From assembly GCA_013239625.1 (NCBI GenBank), contig MU054220.1, positions 3,721,374 to 3,785,373 of the forward strand: 64,000 bases of DNA, read 5' to 3'. Under the pieces are notes generated by a model. It saw nothing but the letters and a program-made list of their open reading frames with translations, was not told where the DNA came from and searched no databases. A program made the translations under genes and the position numbers. This DNA comes from Lama guanicoe (taxonomy: Eukaryota). Numbering within the stretch: the first letter of the stretch is position 1; every line of letters begins with the position of its first letter. Of this stretch, positions 36,296-48,424 are shown one piece after another.

Positions 36296-38884
36296 TTAAC
36301 CACCGGGCTCTCCTGCTAATGAAGGGAACACCCAGGACCCTGTGACAGAGAACAGCGGAGTGCCCTGCTGATGGGTACGATTAGCAACAACCACCACAGC
36401 AGCAAAAGCAGCATAAAAGCCCGCACTGAACAGCCTGAACTCCTTTACCTGGGTAGCCAGCGTTGAGAAGTCTGGAAAAAGATTGTGTCCACTTTTTAGA
36501 AGTTCAGATTCAAAGGGTTCACGCTGCTTTGATGCCAGTGTCAGAAGGTCTGGCCGCTGCAAGCTCAGGGCTGTCCAGGAGATGCCCACCTGTCAGAGAC
36601 AAGCAGAACCAGCCGTGACTGCCTAGCGGGGGTCGGGGGTGGGGAACCCATCAGCTCACACTGCCCAAGGTCTCTTCTTTTTGTTTGAAATGCGCTTGGG
36701 GCCCCTGAGGAGACCGTGTGATGAGCAGATGGCAGTAACCTGGGGTCATGCATCAGGACTGGGGAGCCATCATTAAGGTCCCGGCTGAACTTGCCTGCAA
36801 ACAATTCCAAGACACAAAGATATGCATATGCCTGTGTGTACGTCCTGAATAAAAATACTTAAGTGTCACACCCACTGTGTCTAGCATGGTGCCCTTTGCA
36901 TAGAGGGAGGCTTGACAAATGTTTCCTGATTTGCTCTGCTGAAACATAATTTTATATGTCTAAGTGGGGGGGAGGAAACTCTGAGTTCATGCGCACTGGT
37001 GGAGAGATTCTTCTTCATGTGAAAATGCATTCCTGGGAGGCTCCATCCAGCCAGACCAGTGGCCTCATTAACTAATGAGGCGACCAATACCCAGAGAGGG
37101 GCAGCGACTTGCCTAAAGTCACAGAGCAAGTTGGTGGCAGAGTGAGGTCTAAAGCCTGGTCTCTCCTGACTCATGGCTGCTTGCTCTCTCCAGGGCCGCA
37201 CCCTCCTTTGTCGTTGTCAGACTGGTACCCCTGGAGCAGCCTGGGCACAGGGTGGGAGCCTGTTGCCTGCCTGACAGCTGGACGCTGGTCACAAGTCAGA
37301 GCAGAGAATTGCTTCTGGGCTGTGTTCAAGCCCAGAAAAGGTGCAGGAAGCAGTGTCCACAGTGGTTGGGAGCATAGGCTTGGAGGCTAGTGGACTCATC
37401 CACATGGCTGGGGCAACCTCTTTCTGGGGTTGGGACCCTGGGGAAGTCAGATGTCCTCTCGGAGCATCAGTCTCCTCTTCTGTAAAACAGGACTAATAAT
37501 AGCATCTCTCTTTGAGGACTGCAGGGAGTGAAAACGACTTTCATAAGTCTGTGAAGCCACAGCAGAGAGCATTTGGCTCACAGCAATCGCTCAATAAATG
37601 TTAGGGAGGCGACACAGAGGAGGGATTATGTGCATTGCGGGGGGCGGTAGGTGTGTGGGTGGAGCACTGGACTGGGAGTTGCTTTGTGTCCTTGGCAAGA
37701 TTTTGGACAAAAATCTCTCAATTCCACCAGTGATTCGCTCCCTCTGTTCCCACCTTCCATCCTTGTCTCTGCCTTCATAGACTAGCGTCGGTCCCCAGCA
37801 TACCTGCTGCTCCCTCCTGGCTGCAACCCCCACCTGCCCACGAGAGTGATCGCTACACCCCAGCCCACTTTTCACCAGCCAGCAAAATGCAAATGTCACT
37901 AGCACTCTGCAAGCTGGTGAGCTAATGTCACCAGACGGCAGCCAGTACAGAAGAACTGTGGAGGGGTGGAGGGTGCGGGGCGAATTCCCCAGGAGGGGTG
38001 GCATTCTCGGCTTTTTCCAATAAGGGTATGATCAAGAAATAAACAAATGGCTGCAGGAAAGAGGTGACAACGGAGACTGTTTTAGCAGCATGCTGTGAGA
38101 TGTGACCGCCAGTGGTCCCTGCTGTGGCCCCCATCCAGCTGATGTATGTGTCTTGGCCCCTCTGGGCCTCCTCCCCACACACAGCCCGATGGAGACTCAT
38201 CTGAGGGACCCCCCAGCCTCCACCTTTCATTTCCACCCCAGCCCACACTCCCTCAAACCTGCTGAGAGAAGCAGACCACCCACCCAATTAACAGCCATGG
38301 GAGTGGGGAGTCCTCTCCCAGGAGGAGGTGGCAGCAGGGGACCTCAGGGATCCGCAGGCAGGAATCCTGGGTTCCAGTCCCAGTGCTGCACTAACTTGCT
38401 ATGAGCACTCTGGCACATCCTCCCTTTGGGGGGGCCTTAGTTTCTCCATCTGTGAAAGGGGGTGTCAGATACATCATTGATCCCTACCATTTCTCAGGGT
38501 CAGCTCTAAACCTCCCAGCTCACAGGCAGAGATGCCAGTGTAAGGCTCTTCCTCTTCTAATGTCCTTATGACACTGGCACTGTTGACACCTGCAAGCACG
38601 TAAGGCTTCCTGGAGGAGGTGCCCCATATGCGTGTGTGGAGACAAGAGCAGGGCACTGTGGGCAGGAGGCCCAGGTAAGAAAAGATATGGAGATACCCAG
38701 AGTGGGGACTTGGAGCCAATGCTGTCTGTCAGGGCGGAGTGGGAAATGAGACAGAAGAGTCCTGTGGTCAGTGCTTTCCATACACGTTCCCATTTTATTG
38801 ATGAGAAACTGAGGCTCAGAGAGGTTAAATAGCTTGGGAGATGCATGGTTGTTAAATAGCACAGATTGGATTTGAGCCCCATAG

Positions 38885-38937
38885 TTTTGGGTTTTTTAAT
38901 TGAAGTATGGTCTGTTTACTAACTTCTGGTGTACACC
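38885..38937 (-). mobile_element. Extremely 5'-truncated young L1 tail (~50 bp) with TSD
   Basis: ttttttaattgaagtatggtctgtttac...ctggtgtaca matches the reverse complement of the L1 3' end at ~52838-52893; flanks TGAGCCCCATAG and TGAGCCCATAG. Confidence 0.75.
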
Positions 38938-40229
38938 TGAGCCCATAGATGGTTATGGGGTGCCGCCATCTAGACTCTTTAAAGAAGAACTGGAGAAATT
39001 CAGCAGCGTTTGTGTTATAAATACATGTAAATGAGCTCAAGTTCTATGTGAGGGTGGGCAACATCATGTGTGTGTGGGAGGGGTGGGGGAGTTTCCTGTG
39101 TCAGTCTGTGTACTTGTAAATGTGAGTGGGTCATTGCTGAATGAAGCTGCTGCCCTGTGGGGATGCCGGATGGGGAGGGTGTGGCTGAGGAGCCGATGAT
39201 GAGGCTGGGGATCGGGCAGGCAGAAGGTGCTGGCCATCCCATGGCAGCCTAGGAAACCCTGGTCTGTGGGCTGTGAGCTGGGCCTGTGCTCATGGGTACT
39301 GCCTCCTGGTCCTGACCTACATTGCTTGTTCCTGGCTCCCATACTCCCCTCACTGCCGCTCAGGAAAGCAGCATGTCCTGCCCTTGGCCTCTCCCTCAGC
39401 TCAGTCTCCTCCACAATCCCTAGGGCTATATGCAGATCCGGCAGATCGAGCCAGGCATACAGACGGGGCTGCTGCCAGCAGACAGGGAAGCCAGTGAGTG
39501 AGTGTACCTTGCACCCACTGAGGACTGGCCAGACCTGTCTTCCAGCACTGGCTCTGCCACTAGCCACTGGCTATGTGATTAGGGCATGCAATCCACCTCT
39601 CTGAGCCTCAGTGAACCCTCGCAGAGCTGCTGAGATGACTATTTAAGAGAAAAGACATGCAAACTATAAAGTGCTGTGCCCACAGACAGGGCTGTGGTTG
39701 TAATCCCAGTGGCCAAGATAACCCAGGAAGTGTAGGGAGTTCCCTAGAGAGTCTTGACTGGGAATCCAGCCAACGTCTTTATGTAAGTCCCCCTTGCCCC
39801 TCCCCTGGGCCTCAGTTTCTCCATCTATAAAGCCAAGGACCCTTAAGTTCAGATGCAGAGTGGTGCTCAGCCCTCAGTGTCTAATTTTCTTCACCATGAT
39901 TCGCTATTAACATCATAGATGGATTTCATTTGCCAGAAACATGAAGGCCATTCACGCAGCAGTAAGCAGTAGGTTGAGTAATTAGGACCCAGGACAAGTA
40001 AGTTTTGATGGGAGGAGAGAGGAAGATGATCTCATGTTCCAGTCACTGACCAAGAAGGAATGTGATCATCCTAGGAAGACAGAAGGAAGCATGTGGGAAT
40101 GGAGGGAGGCGGGGCTGTTGGAAGTTGATAGAATTTGGACAAACTCTCTCCCCAAGTTTGCACTGGGCTGGCTATGATGCCACAGAGAAGACACAGGAGT
40201 TCTGTTTCCTGGAGACCTCAGGAACAGGA

Positions 40230-40850
40230 GCATTCACTCATTTGGTGAGTACTCATTGAACAGCTGCTGTGTACCAGGACTCCAGGGGTGCCAGGGATGA
40301 GTGAGGCACCAACTATGCGGGGAAGTGTGACAATGCTCTTGTCCCCATAGTTCAAGGTGGCTTAGGAGGGCTTATCACCTTGTTCTCAGTTTAAAGAAGG
40401 GAGATGCCCCTTCTTTCTTCACCCCCAGGGAAGGCTTCCTGGAGAAGGAGGCAGATTTGAATGTGCAGAGATGAGCAGAGGGCACTGTGGGCAAAGGGAC
40501 CAGGGGGAACAAAGACACGGAGGTGCCCAAGTGTGAGGTAAGTATTCAGGACCAGGAGGCAAGGCTGCCTGCAGGAGCAGAATGAGAAGGGGTTGGATGG
40601 TTAAGGTCCTTGAATGCCAGGCCAACGATGATGAGGCATAGGCAATGGGGAGCTACTGAAGGTCATACAGCAGAGGTGTGTTTCAGGTGGTTGAAAAGCA
40701 GCAAGAAGCCCAGGCAAGTGGATACAGATGATGAAAAGGTGGAAAGAGGATGAGCAGGGACTGTGGGGCTGTGGTGAATAAAAGGATGGTGGAGGGGTCA
40801 GTAGAGTAGGAAGGACAGTATTGAAATTGGCAGGTTGTGGGGAGGTGACC
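40230..40850 (-). mobile_element. L2 LINE fragments
   Basis: cattcactcatttggtgagtactcattgaac...gaaggcttcctggagaaggaggcagatttgaa...ggtccttgaatgccaggccaa...ggcaatggggagctactgaagg. Confidence 0.75.
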
Positions 40851-41199
40851 CAGATGTGGAAGGAAAGATGATGATGGATTTAAGCATACAGGGTTTATAT
40901 CCCAGCTCTGCCACTGTCACCGTGTGCTCTCAAGCATGTCATTTTTCCTCTCTGGGCATCAGTTTCCTCCCCTGTAAAGTGAAAAAAAGCCACTTCATAG
41001 AGATGTGGGATTCAACCAGATAACACACGAGGAAGCACTCTGAACACAGTAAGTGATTGGTGGATGCTTGCTTTCTAAAATGTAAGCATTTACTGCTTTT
41101 ATCAATTAGTGGTGACCTTCCCCTGTTACAAATGAGGACACTGAAGTCTGAGGTCAAAAGAGTGACTGGAATTGGCAGTGCTCGCTCCAATCACAGGAG

Positions 41200-41640
41200 A
41201 AGCAAGTTATGAGCAAATAAACGTGGGATGACTCAGAGAAGAGTCTTGATTTTAAAATATTGCTAAAGAAAAGGGCTGTTTTATGACTTTTGTGCTGTGT
41301 GCTTATTAAACCCAAGCTATAAATGTGAACTAATAAGTAAAATGAGTTAAGTTAATGAAAAAAATCAACCTTCAGGATGGATCCATATTACCTAATGGCA
41401 GTCCATAAACATAAACATAAAATTTTAAAATACAAGAATGAATTACAATGCCCAGCAGCTCAAGGAATCTGCAATTTCTCTGTCTGAAAAATAAAAGCTA
41501 TTGATTTTAGCTTGGGTTCTCATTGCTCATGAGTGAGCCTTTGAGAAGTCATAAAGGAAGGAATTATTTCCAATTGTTTACTCACTAAGGATCATATGTA
41601 TTGAATTTAAATTGTCTCTGATTCCTAATTAGTACAAACC
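41200..41640. promoter_or_regulatory. Candidate enhancer: AT-rich island with HOX/CDX, FOX and AP-1 motifs
   Basis: TGACTCA 41229-41235, TTTTATGAC 41279-41287, (CATAAA)x3 41404-41421, GTCATAAA 41548-41555, TGTTTAC 41575-41581, CTAATTAG 41625-41632. Confidence 0.5.
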
Positions 41641-42254
41641 AAATTAGAATCTGAGTACAGCAGATCTGGAAAGGCCCTTGGAGACCCGTAAGCTCAGTTT
41701 TCTTCATTTTATAGACATGGAACCCGAGGGACAGAGAAGGAGTTAGTTACCTAAGATCACACAGCAAGTAGGGGAAGGATCCAAGCTAGATCGGGGCTCC
41801 TGGTCCCCAGGTCAGCGTTTTGCTGTGGTCCTGGCAGCATTAGGGATCATCAGATCATTAAGTCTAATCCCCATGGGTGGGCAGGGGTGTTACCTTGGCC
41901 TTAGCCCCCATGGCTCCTACAACAAGGGCCTTCTCCCAGCTCTCGAGAAAAGTCATCTGCTCAGGAAGGGACCCTCAAAGCCAAACAGTCTAACACTGAC
42001 AGCAAAGTGAGTTCTAAGACACTCTAGCACACTGCCACATATGGAACCCTGGAGCTCCTCTGCCCACGCTGCTCTCCAGGCAGCTCAGCCGGGAAGAAAA
42101 CCCACACTGGGGGCCCCAGAGTTCTGTTCCCGAGGTGCTGCAGTGCGGCACAGCCCAGACCCAGGTCAGTTCCTCCCCCTGTTCCAGGGGAGGCCGGGGG
42201 CACAAGGGCCTCATTGTATATTAGGAAAGGGAGGGGTGTCTTAACTCAGCCTGG

Positions 42255-42260
<6 letters not shown>

Positions 42261-42329
<69 letters not shown>

Positions 42330-42330
42330 A
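42261..42330. repeat. Compound microsatellite (CT)22(CA)13
   Basis: Read directly from the sequence. Confidence 0.98.
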
Positions 42331-42399
42331 CGTGTATGACACCACAGGGACTAAGGAGCTTTGCGTGTGGCTCTGGCACGCATGCGTGATGCGTGCGTG

Positions 42400-42760
42400 T
42401 ACGTTAAGCTTCAGCCCACACTCGATTATGAAGCAGATGTTTAATTACTACCTGAGTGTTATTAATCAACACGATTAATACACAACCCATAGCACATAAT
42501 TACTTTGCAATTACACTGAAACGAAGTATTTTATCACCAAGGGTTTGCTAATTACCCGGCCTTGCCAAAGGACAGGTATAATGGTCAGCAATTTTTCTTT
42601 TTTTTTCCTTTCCTTCCTTTTCTCCCTCCCCTGCCCTCTCATTAATTTTCTGAACTGATGTCCCCACTGCACAGAACCGGGAGCCCAGGCAGGCTGCCGG
42701 CCTCCTCCCCAAGGTGTCCAGTCTGCACTCACATCGGTTTAATGTGACTCTAAATCGCCC
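42400..42760. promoter_or_regulatory. Candidate homeodomain-dense enhancer or conserved non-coding element
   Basis: About ten TAAT/ATTA clusters (ttaatta, tattaatc, gattaata, ataatta, gcaatta, ctaatta, cattaatt) in TE-free DNA. Confidence 0.55.
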
Positions 42761-42884
42761 TGGGCCTCGCCTCTCAGCTCCCCAGCTTGGAAAGGCATGT
42801 CCTTTCCCCAAGTGCAGCCGGCCTCCTGCAGGCTTGGGGATGGAGAGGCAGCGTCGGGCAGGGGTTACCTGGGGAAGCTCCGCA

Positions 42885-43110
42885 GGCAGCTGGCTGGACT
42901 TGAATCCTAGTTCTACCAGTTTCTGGTTGTGTGATCTAAGCCAAGCTACCTGTGCCTCAGTTTCCCCAAGTGCAAGATGGAGGTGATAACAGTATTTATC
43001 TTAGGGGTTTCTTGTGAGTATTTGATGTGATAGAAAACGTAAAGCACTTAGCACAGTGTCTGACACAGAGTAAGTCTCCAGCAACACCTGTTATAACTAT
43101 TACTATTATC
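42885..43110 (+). mobile_element. MIR SINE
   Basis: tgaatcctagttctaccagttt...tgtgcctcagtttccccaagtgcaagatgg...gtaaagcacttagcacagtgtctgacacagagtaag. Confidence 0.9.
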
Positions 43111-44064
43111 CTCCCAATCACAGAATCTCCCAAACGTTCAGGTTTTTGGATTCCACTCCCTATCCCTCAGATAGAGCGCTCAGTCCCATCTACCTGGAAC
43201 CATCTCCCTGCATTGCCCCTTCCCGTCTACCTGCCACTTCCATGGGCTCCTCTTCTTTAATCCAAGCCTTCATCCTCTCTCACCTGGTCCACAGTCATTA
43301 GCCTCCACACAATCTCCCTGCTGTGCCCCCCTCCACCCACCACCATTCCATCCTCCCCTGGGCAGGGAGACAGATCTTCAGGGAGCAGAGCTTGGACCAT
43401 GGCACTCTCCTGCTCAACAGCCTTCTGTAGCTCACAATTGCCTACGCAGCAAGGTCCACCTCCCCCTACTAGAAGATCACTAATGCCCCAGATTCCCTAA
43501 GTTTTTGATGAGTGAATGAATGAGTGTCTTGCTTTTAGAGACAAGAGGCTTTTAGAGATTTTAGAGGCATCCACTCTCACCAAGCTGGGATGTCCGAGAG
43601 CATTTTACAAGCCTGCATATCTCCATGGACTTGGGGTTTATTCTGGAACTCGGGGTCTGTCCCTTACTGTTCATTTCCAGACCAGCTTGTTTCCCGCCCC
43701 CTCCGCTGGCAAAAATCTTCCCCAAACCATCTGTATTTAAATACAATCCATCTTTCAGGGCACAGAAACCACAGGTCCAGCTGAGCAAAGAGGCTTTTTA
43801 TAAGGTGCAGAGGCCAGTGTGTGGTCTGCTTGAGAGGTGAGCTTAAGGGACATGCTGACAAACTCCAGCACAGACAGCATGTGTTCGAGAGAGTCAAGGG
43901 GGTGTACATGGGTATGTATGTGTACGTGGTGTGCACACGCTCTCTCTCCACTGCTCTCTCTGCATAAGTGAGGGCACTGTAGCTACTTCTGAGTGTGACT
44001 CAGCTCGTTCAGTTACAAAAATATCAAACACTGAGAGTCATTCATTTACTCGATAATCATAAAA

Positions 44065-44295
44065 TATTGGGCTCTGGCGTCAGACCGCTAGTGTTAAAGA
44101 CCTACCTTTACCTCTGACTAGGTGTGTGACTTTGGGAAAATCCCTGAACTTCTCTGAGCCTCAGTTCTTAGTTGTAAAATGGGGCTAATCACAGCTCTTA
44201 CTGAAAGCGTTGTTGTGAGGATGGAACACACACTTTGATCAGTGCCTGGCAGGCAGAAAGAGTCAGATCAGTGTTAGCTATTTTGTTATTATTAT
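44065..44295 (+). mobile_element. MIR SINE
   Basis: gggctctggcgtcagacc...tgtgtgactttggg...tctctgagcctcagttcttagttgtaaaatgggg. Confidence 0.9.
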
Positions 44296-44792
44296 TAATA
44301 AGGACAATAAACCTTGGGAACATAGAAACTCAATGTCTAAAGCAGAATATGGTATATAGTACTAGACCAGTGGGTGGAGAAGTCCCTGCAGAAACATCAA
44401 AACAGAAGGCAATAAAGTGATATGTGTTTGTCATTCGTTTATTTATTCAGCAAACACTCACTAAGTGCCTACTGTATAAATCTCTATGTTATCACCGCGG
44501 GAGGGAAGAGGGACTCCCTCTCTTCGCAGTGACGCCAAGTGGAAGATGCAGTTCACAAGTAGCTGGGAGAGGGCAGAGGCTTGGGAATGTTCTAAACCAC
44601 TAGCTGCTGTTGCCCACCCCTCGCCCTCACCAAAACCTCAAATTGCCTGTCACTCCCAGGCACTAGATGAATGGATAACAGCACTGTTGCAGATGCGGGA
44701 GATAGCTCCTGGGTGAGTAGGCTCAAGTCCAAAGAGAAGGGAGGAAAGGCATTCCAAGCAGAGGGCACAGCCAAGGCAGGTGGAGGGAGCAG

Positions 44793-44808
44793 CCAGCAGG
44801 GGGCGCTC
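44793..44808 (+). promoter_or_regulatory. Consensus CTCF-binding motif
   Basis: CCAGCAGGGGGCGCTC is a perfect match to the CTCF core, with its CpG retained. Confidence 0.7.
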
Positions 44809-45689
44809 TGGCAGAGGCGGGAAGGGGGAGAGGTGGGAGGTGGGGGGTCAAGGGTGCCGAGGCAGAGCTTGGGTGAATGGAAAATCAAAGGAAATTCACA
44901 GAGGAGGTGATGGGGGCCACTTCAGGTCCTGGGTTTTCCTTCTTCGTCTGATGTTCCAGTCTTGGTCTTTGCAGCTCTGAAGCCCCCTCCCGGGAAGCTG
45001 ATGGAACTGTTTCCAGGAGACATTGGATCTACCTCTCTTGCCTGGGATTTACATAAGCTCCCTGCTCAGCCACAGGGCAAGACCACAGGGCAAGTGCTCC
45101 GGCCACCGGCCTCTAGGTGGACAGCGGATGCGGGACTAACCCAGATGACAAACCCGAAGCACGATGCTCCAGGTAGGTAGGGACGCGCAAAACCGGGATG
45201 TAGCTGTTTTCACTCAGAGCCCGCCAGGCTCTCCGCTGGCCCATACTGAGGCTGTATGTGAAGAAGGTGACCAAGCAGAGATGTTTCCTTCCTTTCCCAC
45301 GGGCCCCCCACACCCCCTCCCCCAGTACGTTCCGGCTCTTCACTCACACACGCGGCAAAGTCTGATGTTGGATTAAAGCAATAAGGTCAAAAGATCAAGA
45401 ATGCTGACCGTGAGGCGGAAACTTTTGTTCTAGTCACAAGTTTGAGAGCGCTTTGCTGTGTGCCCTGGGCAGGTCACGTGCCCTCTCTGGGCATCTACTT
45501 TCTCCTCTACAAATGAGACAGAGGTATTCAGTCATCTTCAATGCTCGAGTCAAAGGAAGGGGCGAGGTCCCCACAGATGGGTGAACGTGAGGTGAGGGGG
45601 AGGCTGAAGAGCCTGAGTCCCCAGAGGCGATGCCCTGTACCTGGGAGAAAGTCAGCCAGGTACCGACGAAAACAAGAATCCTGCAGCCT

Positions 45690-45905
45690 TATTGGCAGCT
45701 GAGGCTGAATTCGAACGCTGGACCCAACATTCATTATGAGACTTTGAAGACCTTATGTGAACCCCTTTGAGCCTCAGTTTCCTCACCTGTAAAATGGGAT
45801 CAAGGACACTTCTCATTCACAGAGTCAAATGAGAAGACACAAAGATTGCCCAGCACAGTGTCTAGGCCACGTAAGCCTCAGTAAGTGGAAGCTATTATCA
45901 GTATT
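45690..45905 (+). mobile_element. MIR SINE
   Basis: gagcctcagtttcctcacctgtaaaatggga...cccagcacagtgtctagg. Confidence 0.85.
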
Positions 45906-46709
45906 GCAGTTATAGCTCCATCCACATCTGAGGGAACCCTGGCGGCGGCTCCCTCATCTCTTTGTGCCATCTTCAGGCCAGCAGGGACCCTGGGAAGTGG
46001 CTGGTCCTCACTGGGATGGCGTGGGTTCCTCCCAGACCCCTGGCAGCACCAGCCCTGAAGGGGGGCTTTCCTGACTACACCTCAGTCACACACAGACATG
46101 GCTCTGGACTTGACATCAGTTTTTTTGAGAAACAGTGGCCACTCCTCAGAGCCATGGAGAACGGAGCCTGGCATTAGGGCTTCCAACCTCCCCCTGAAAT
46201 GTGTCATTTTTTAAATAAGGGAAATTTATCCATGTATCACTTGCAAATAACAATGAGAATAAATCAGTTATTTGGGGACAAACACCTCTGGGGAAATCCC
46301 AGGCCTTGGTTGACCCCAGTGCTAAGGCTCTGGCTGTGTTTCTCATTCTTGGAGGAAGGGAGCCAAGAACAATGGCCTTCTCCTGCCTTGGACAGGGGTT
46401 ATTAGAGATCACTAGTCCATCTCCTGTCTGTAGGGAAGAAAGAGTTCTCACGGGCTGGGCCAGGCCAGGCAGGAGCGACCCATCCTGGGATGGTCTCCAC
46501 GCAGATGGTAAGAGCAGGAACCCACCTTCAACCCACCCAACAGGTGCTGAGGGCCTACTGTGCGCCAAGCCCGTTGGAGCTGCTGTCCACGTGGCATCAC
46601 ATGTGTCCTCCTGTGGACCCTATGCAGGAGGAGTCACTAAACGTAGACCCAGGGAGGTCGATGTTTCTAGTAAGTGGTAGAAAGGGGCTTCACACTTGGG
46701 TCTGTCGGA

Positions 46710-47160
46710 TGTCACAGCTGATGCTTCCTTCCTAATTTCAAACTCAGGGATCCTGGGTGTGTGCATCCTTTCCTGGAGGGTGCACCCCTCCCCGAGTCGC
46801 AGCACTGCTGGCCAAAGAAGTCCACACCTGTCCCTTCTCTAGACAGACTGCCAGCTCAGGCTGTTTGGAGCCAGGTCACCAGAGATGCTTGGGAGGCTAC
46901 ATCCTTGTTCCCACCCCCCTGCATAGCCCATAGCCCCCGACAGAGGATGCTGAGCACAAAGTCTGAGATGTCATTCACGTTCAGGAGCTCCCCCTGGGAT
47001 CCAGCTGAGGCTACAGTGCTCTTGAACCTCATCCTTGCTTAGCCTCGCTCTCTGCCTTATCCTCCTCCCTTCCCTGGTCCCGAGAATCTTCCCTCAATAA
47101 CTCACTTGCACAGCCATCTCTGCTCAGGTTCTGCTTTTTTAGAGAACCCGACCTAAGTCA
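46710..47160 (+). mobile_element. ERVL LTR (LTR16-like)
   Basis: 3' end ccctcaataactcacttgcac...ctcaggttctgct...gagaacccgacctaagtca resembles LTR16 termini. Confidence 0.7.
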
Positions 47161-48424
47161 AAAAGGAGACAGACATGGTTCCTGCCATCTGGGGAGTCAA
47201 CGCCCAGCGGGAGTCAAACCCGAGACAGGCTGACCATGACAAGACCCCTTCAACCATGACCACTGCGCCCCCCACCTCATTCTAACATCAAGAGCTTATA
47301 ACACACTGTGCAAATCCCTTTCCCACCTGATGGCACTGAACACCAACAACAACCCAGCCAAGAGGGTTTGTTAGCTCCCTTTTACAGATGAAGAAGCTGA
47401 GGCTCAGAGAGATTGTAATTTGCCCAAGGTCGCTTGCAACTTCTATGTAGCCCCACTTAGATTTTACCTCAGTCCTGCTTGATTCCTGGGCCCCAGGGCT
47501 TTCCTCCCACTAACCAAGGGGACCTGAATTCAGCTGCCAAAATGGGGACAGGGATGCCCAGTGGTTAGGGCCCTCCCTGTGACAAAGCTCACTGTCCTCT
47601 CTGCCACTTTGTATAACTCCCGGGCCCCAGGCTCAGGGACCACAGCCTGGGGGAGGGCAACTTCAAAAAAGGAGAGGGGGTGGGACCACTGGTGACCGCT
47701 TCCCTGGTGCCCACATCCCAAGCCTGGCACTCTCTCCCTCTCAAATGACTCTCACTGACCTGGCTCCTCCCCCACCCCCCTCCCAATTCCTGTTATGTCA
47801 CAGAACATGCAGCTCAGCCAGGCTGGTAACAGGCAGAGAATGGGAATTTTTACCTGTTAATTTGGTTTCTGAACCCCTGCTGCTTGCCAAGCCTGAACAG
47901 CTCCATGGCAGGCTCTGAAAGGAGGAGGGGAAAGAAAATGGTTTCCAGCAAATGGGGGTAAATTACGTCGGCAGGCAGTCCCTGGGGGCTCCCCGGAGGT
48001 GTGAATCCAGCCAGCCCCCGGGTGAGGGCAGCAGAGGGGGGCTGGGGGAGGCTCGCCTCCCTGGATCCAAAAGCAGGAAAGGGTTCTGGTTCGCAGAGCA
48101 CCAGCCACCTGCTCACTCTGCCCCACCCTTGGTGAGGAAAGGGCAGAATGCCTCTAACAGCCCGCTGCTCAGGGGCAGAGCCAACCCCACCAGGCACAAG
48201 TGCCCCCTGCCCTCTCATCCTTCCTGCCCACACCTCCAGCCCTCTGTCACAGGGCCTCGCCCAGTGCACCTTGAGCCCTTGCTACCGTGGGCACCAGACT
48301 TCACTGAATCCTCAAAAACCCTTTCCCATCCACCTCATTTGAGAGAGCTATCATTATCATCCCCATTCTATAAATGTAGAAACTGAAGTTCAGAAAGGTG
48401 ATGCATCTCCAACAAGTTCAACAG

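Noticed and set aside
45090..45420. CpG-enriched patch as a CpG-island promoter
   Set aside because: CpG enrichment is short and modest with no clear core promoter; the CTCF-like CCTCTAGGTGGACAG breaks the invariant GGC.
46241..46255. OCT4-SOX2 composite motif
   Set aside because: The octamer-like half has the wrong orientation and spacing relative to CATTGTTATGCAAAT.
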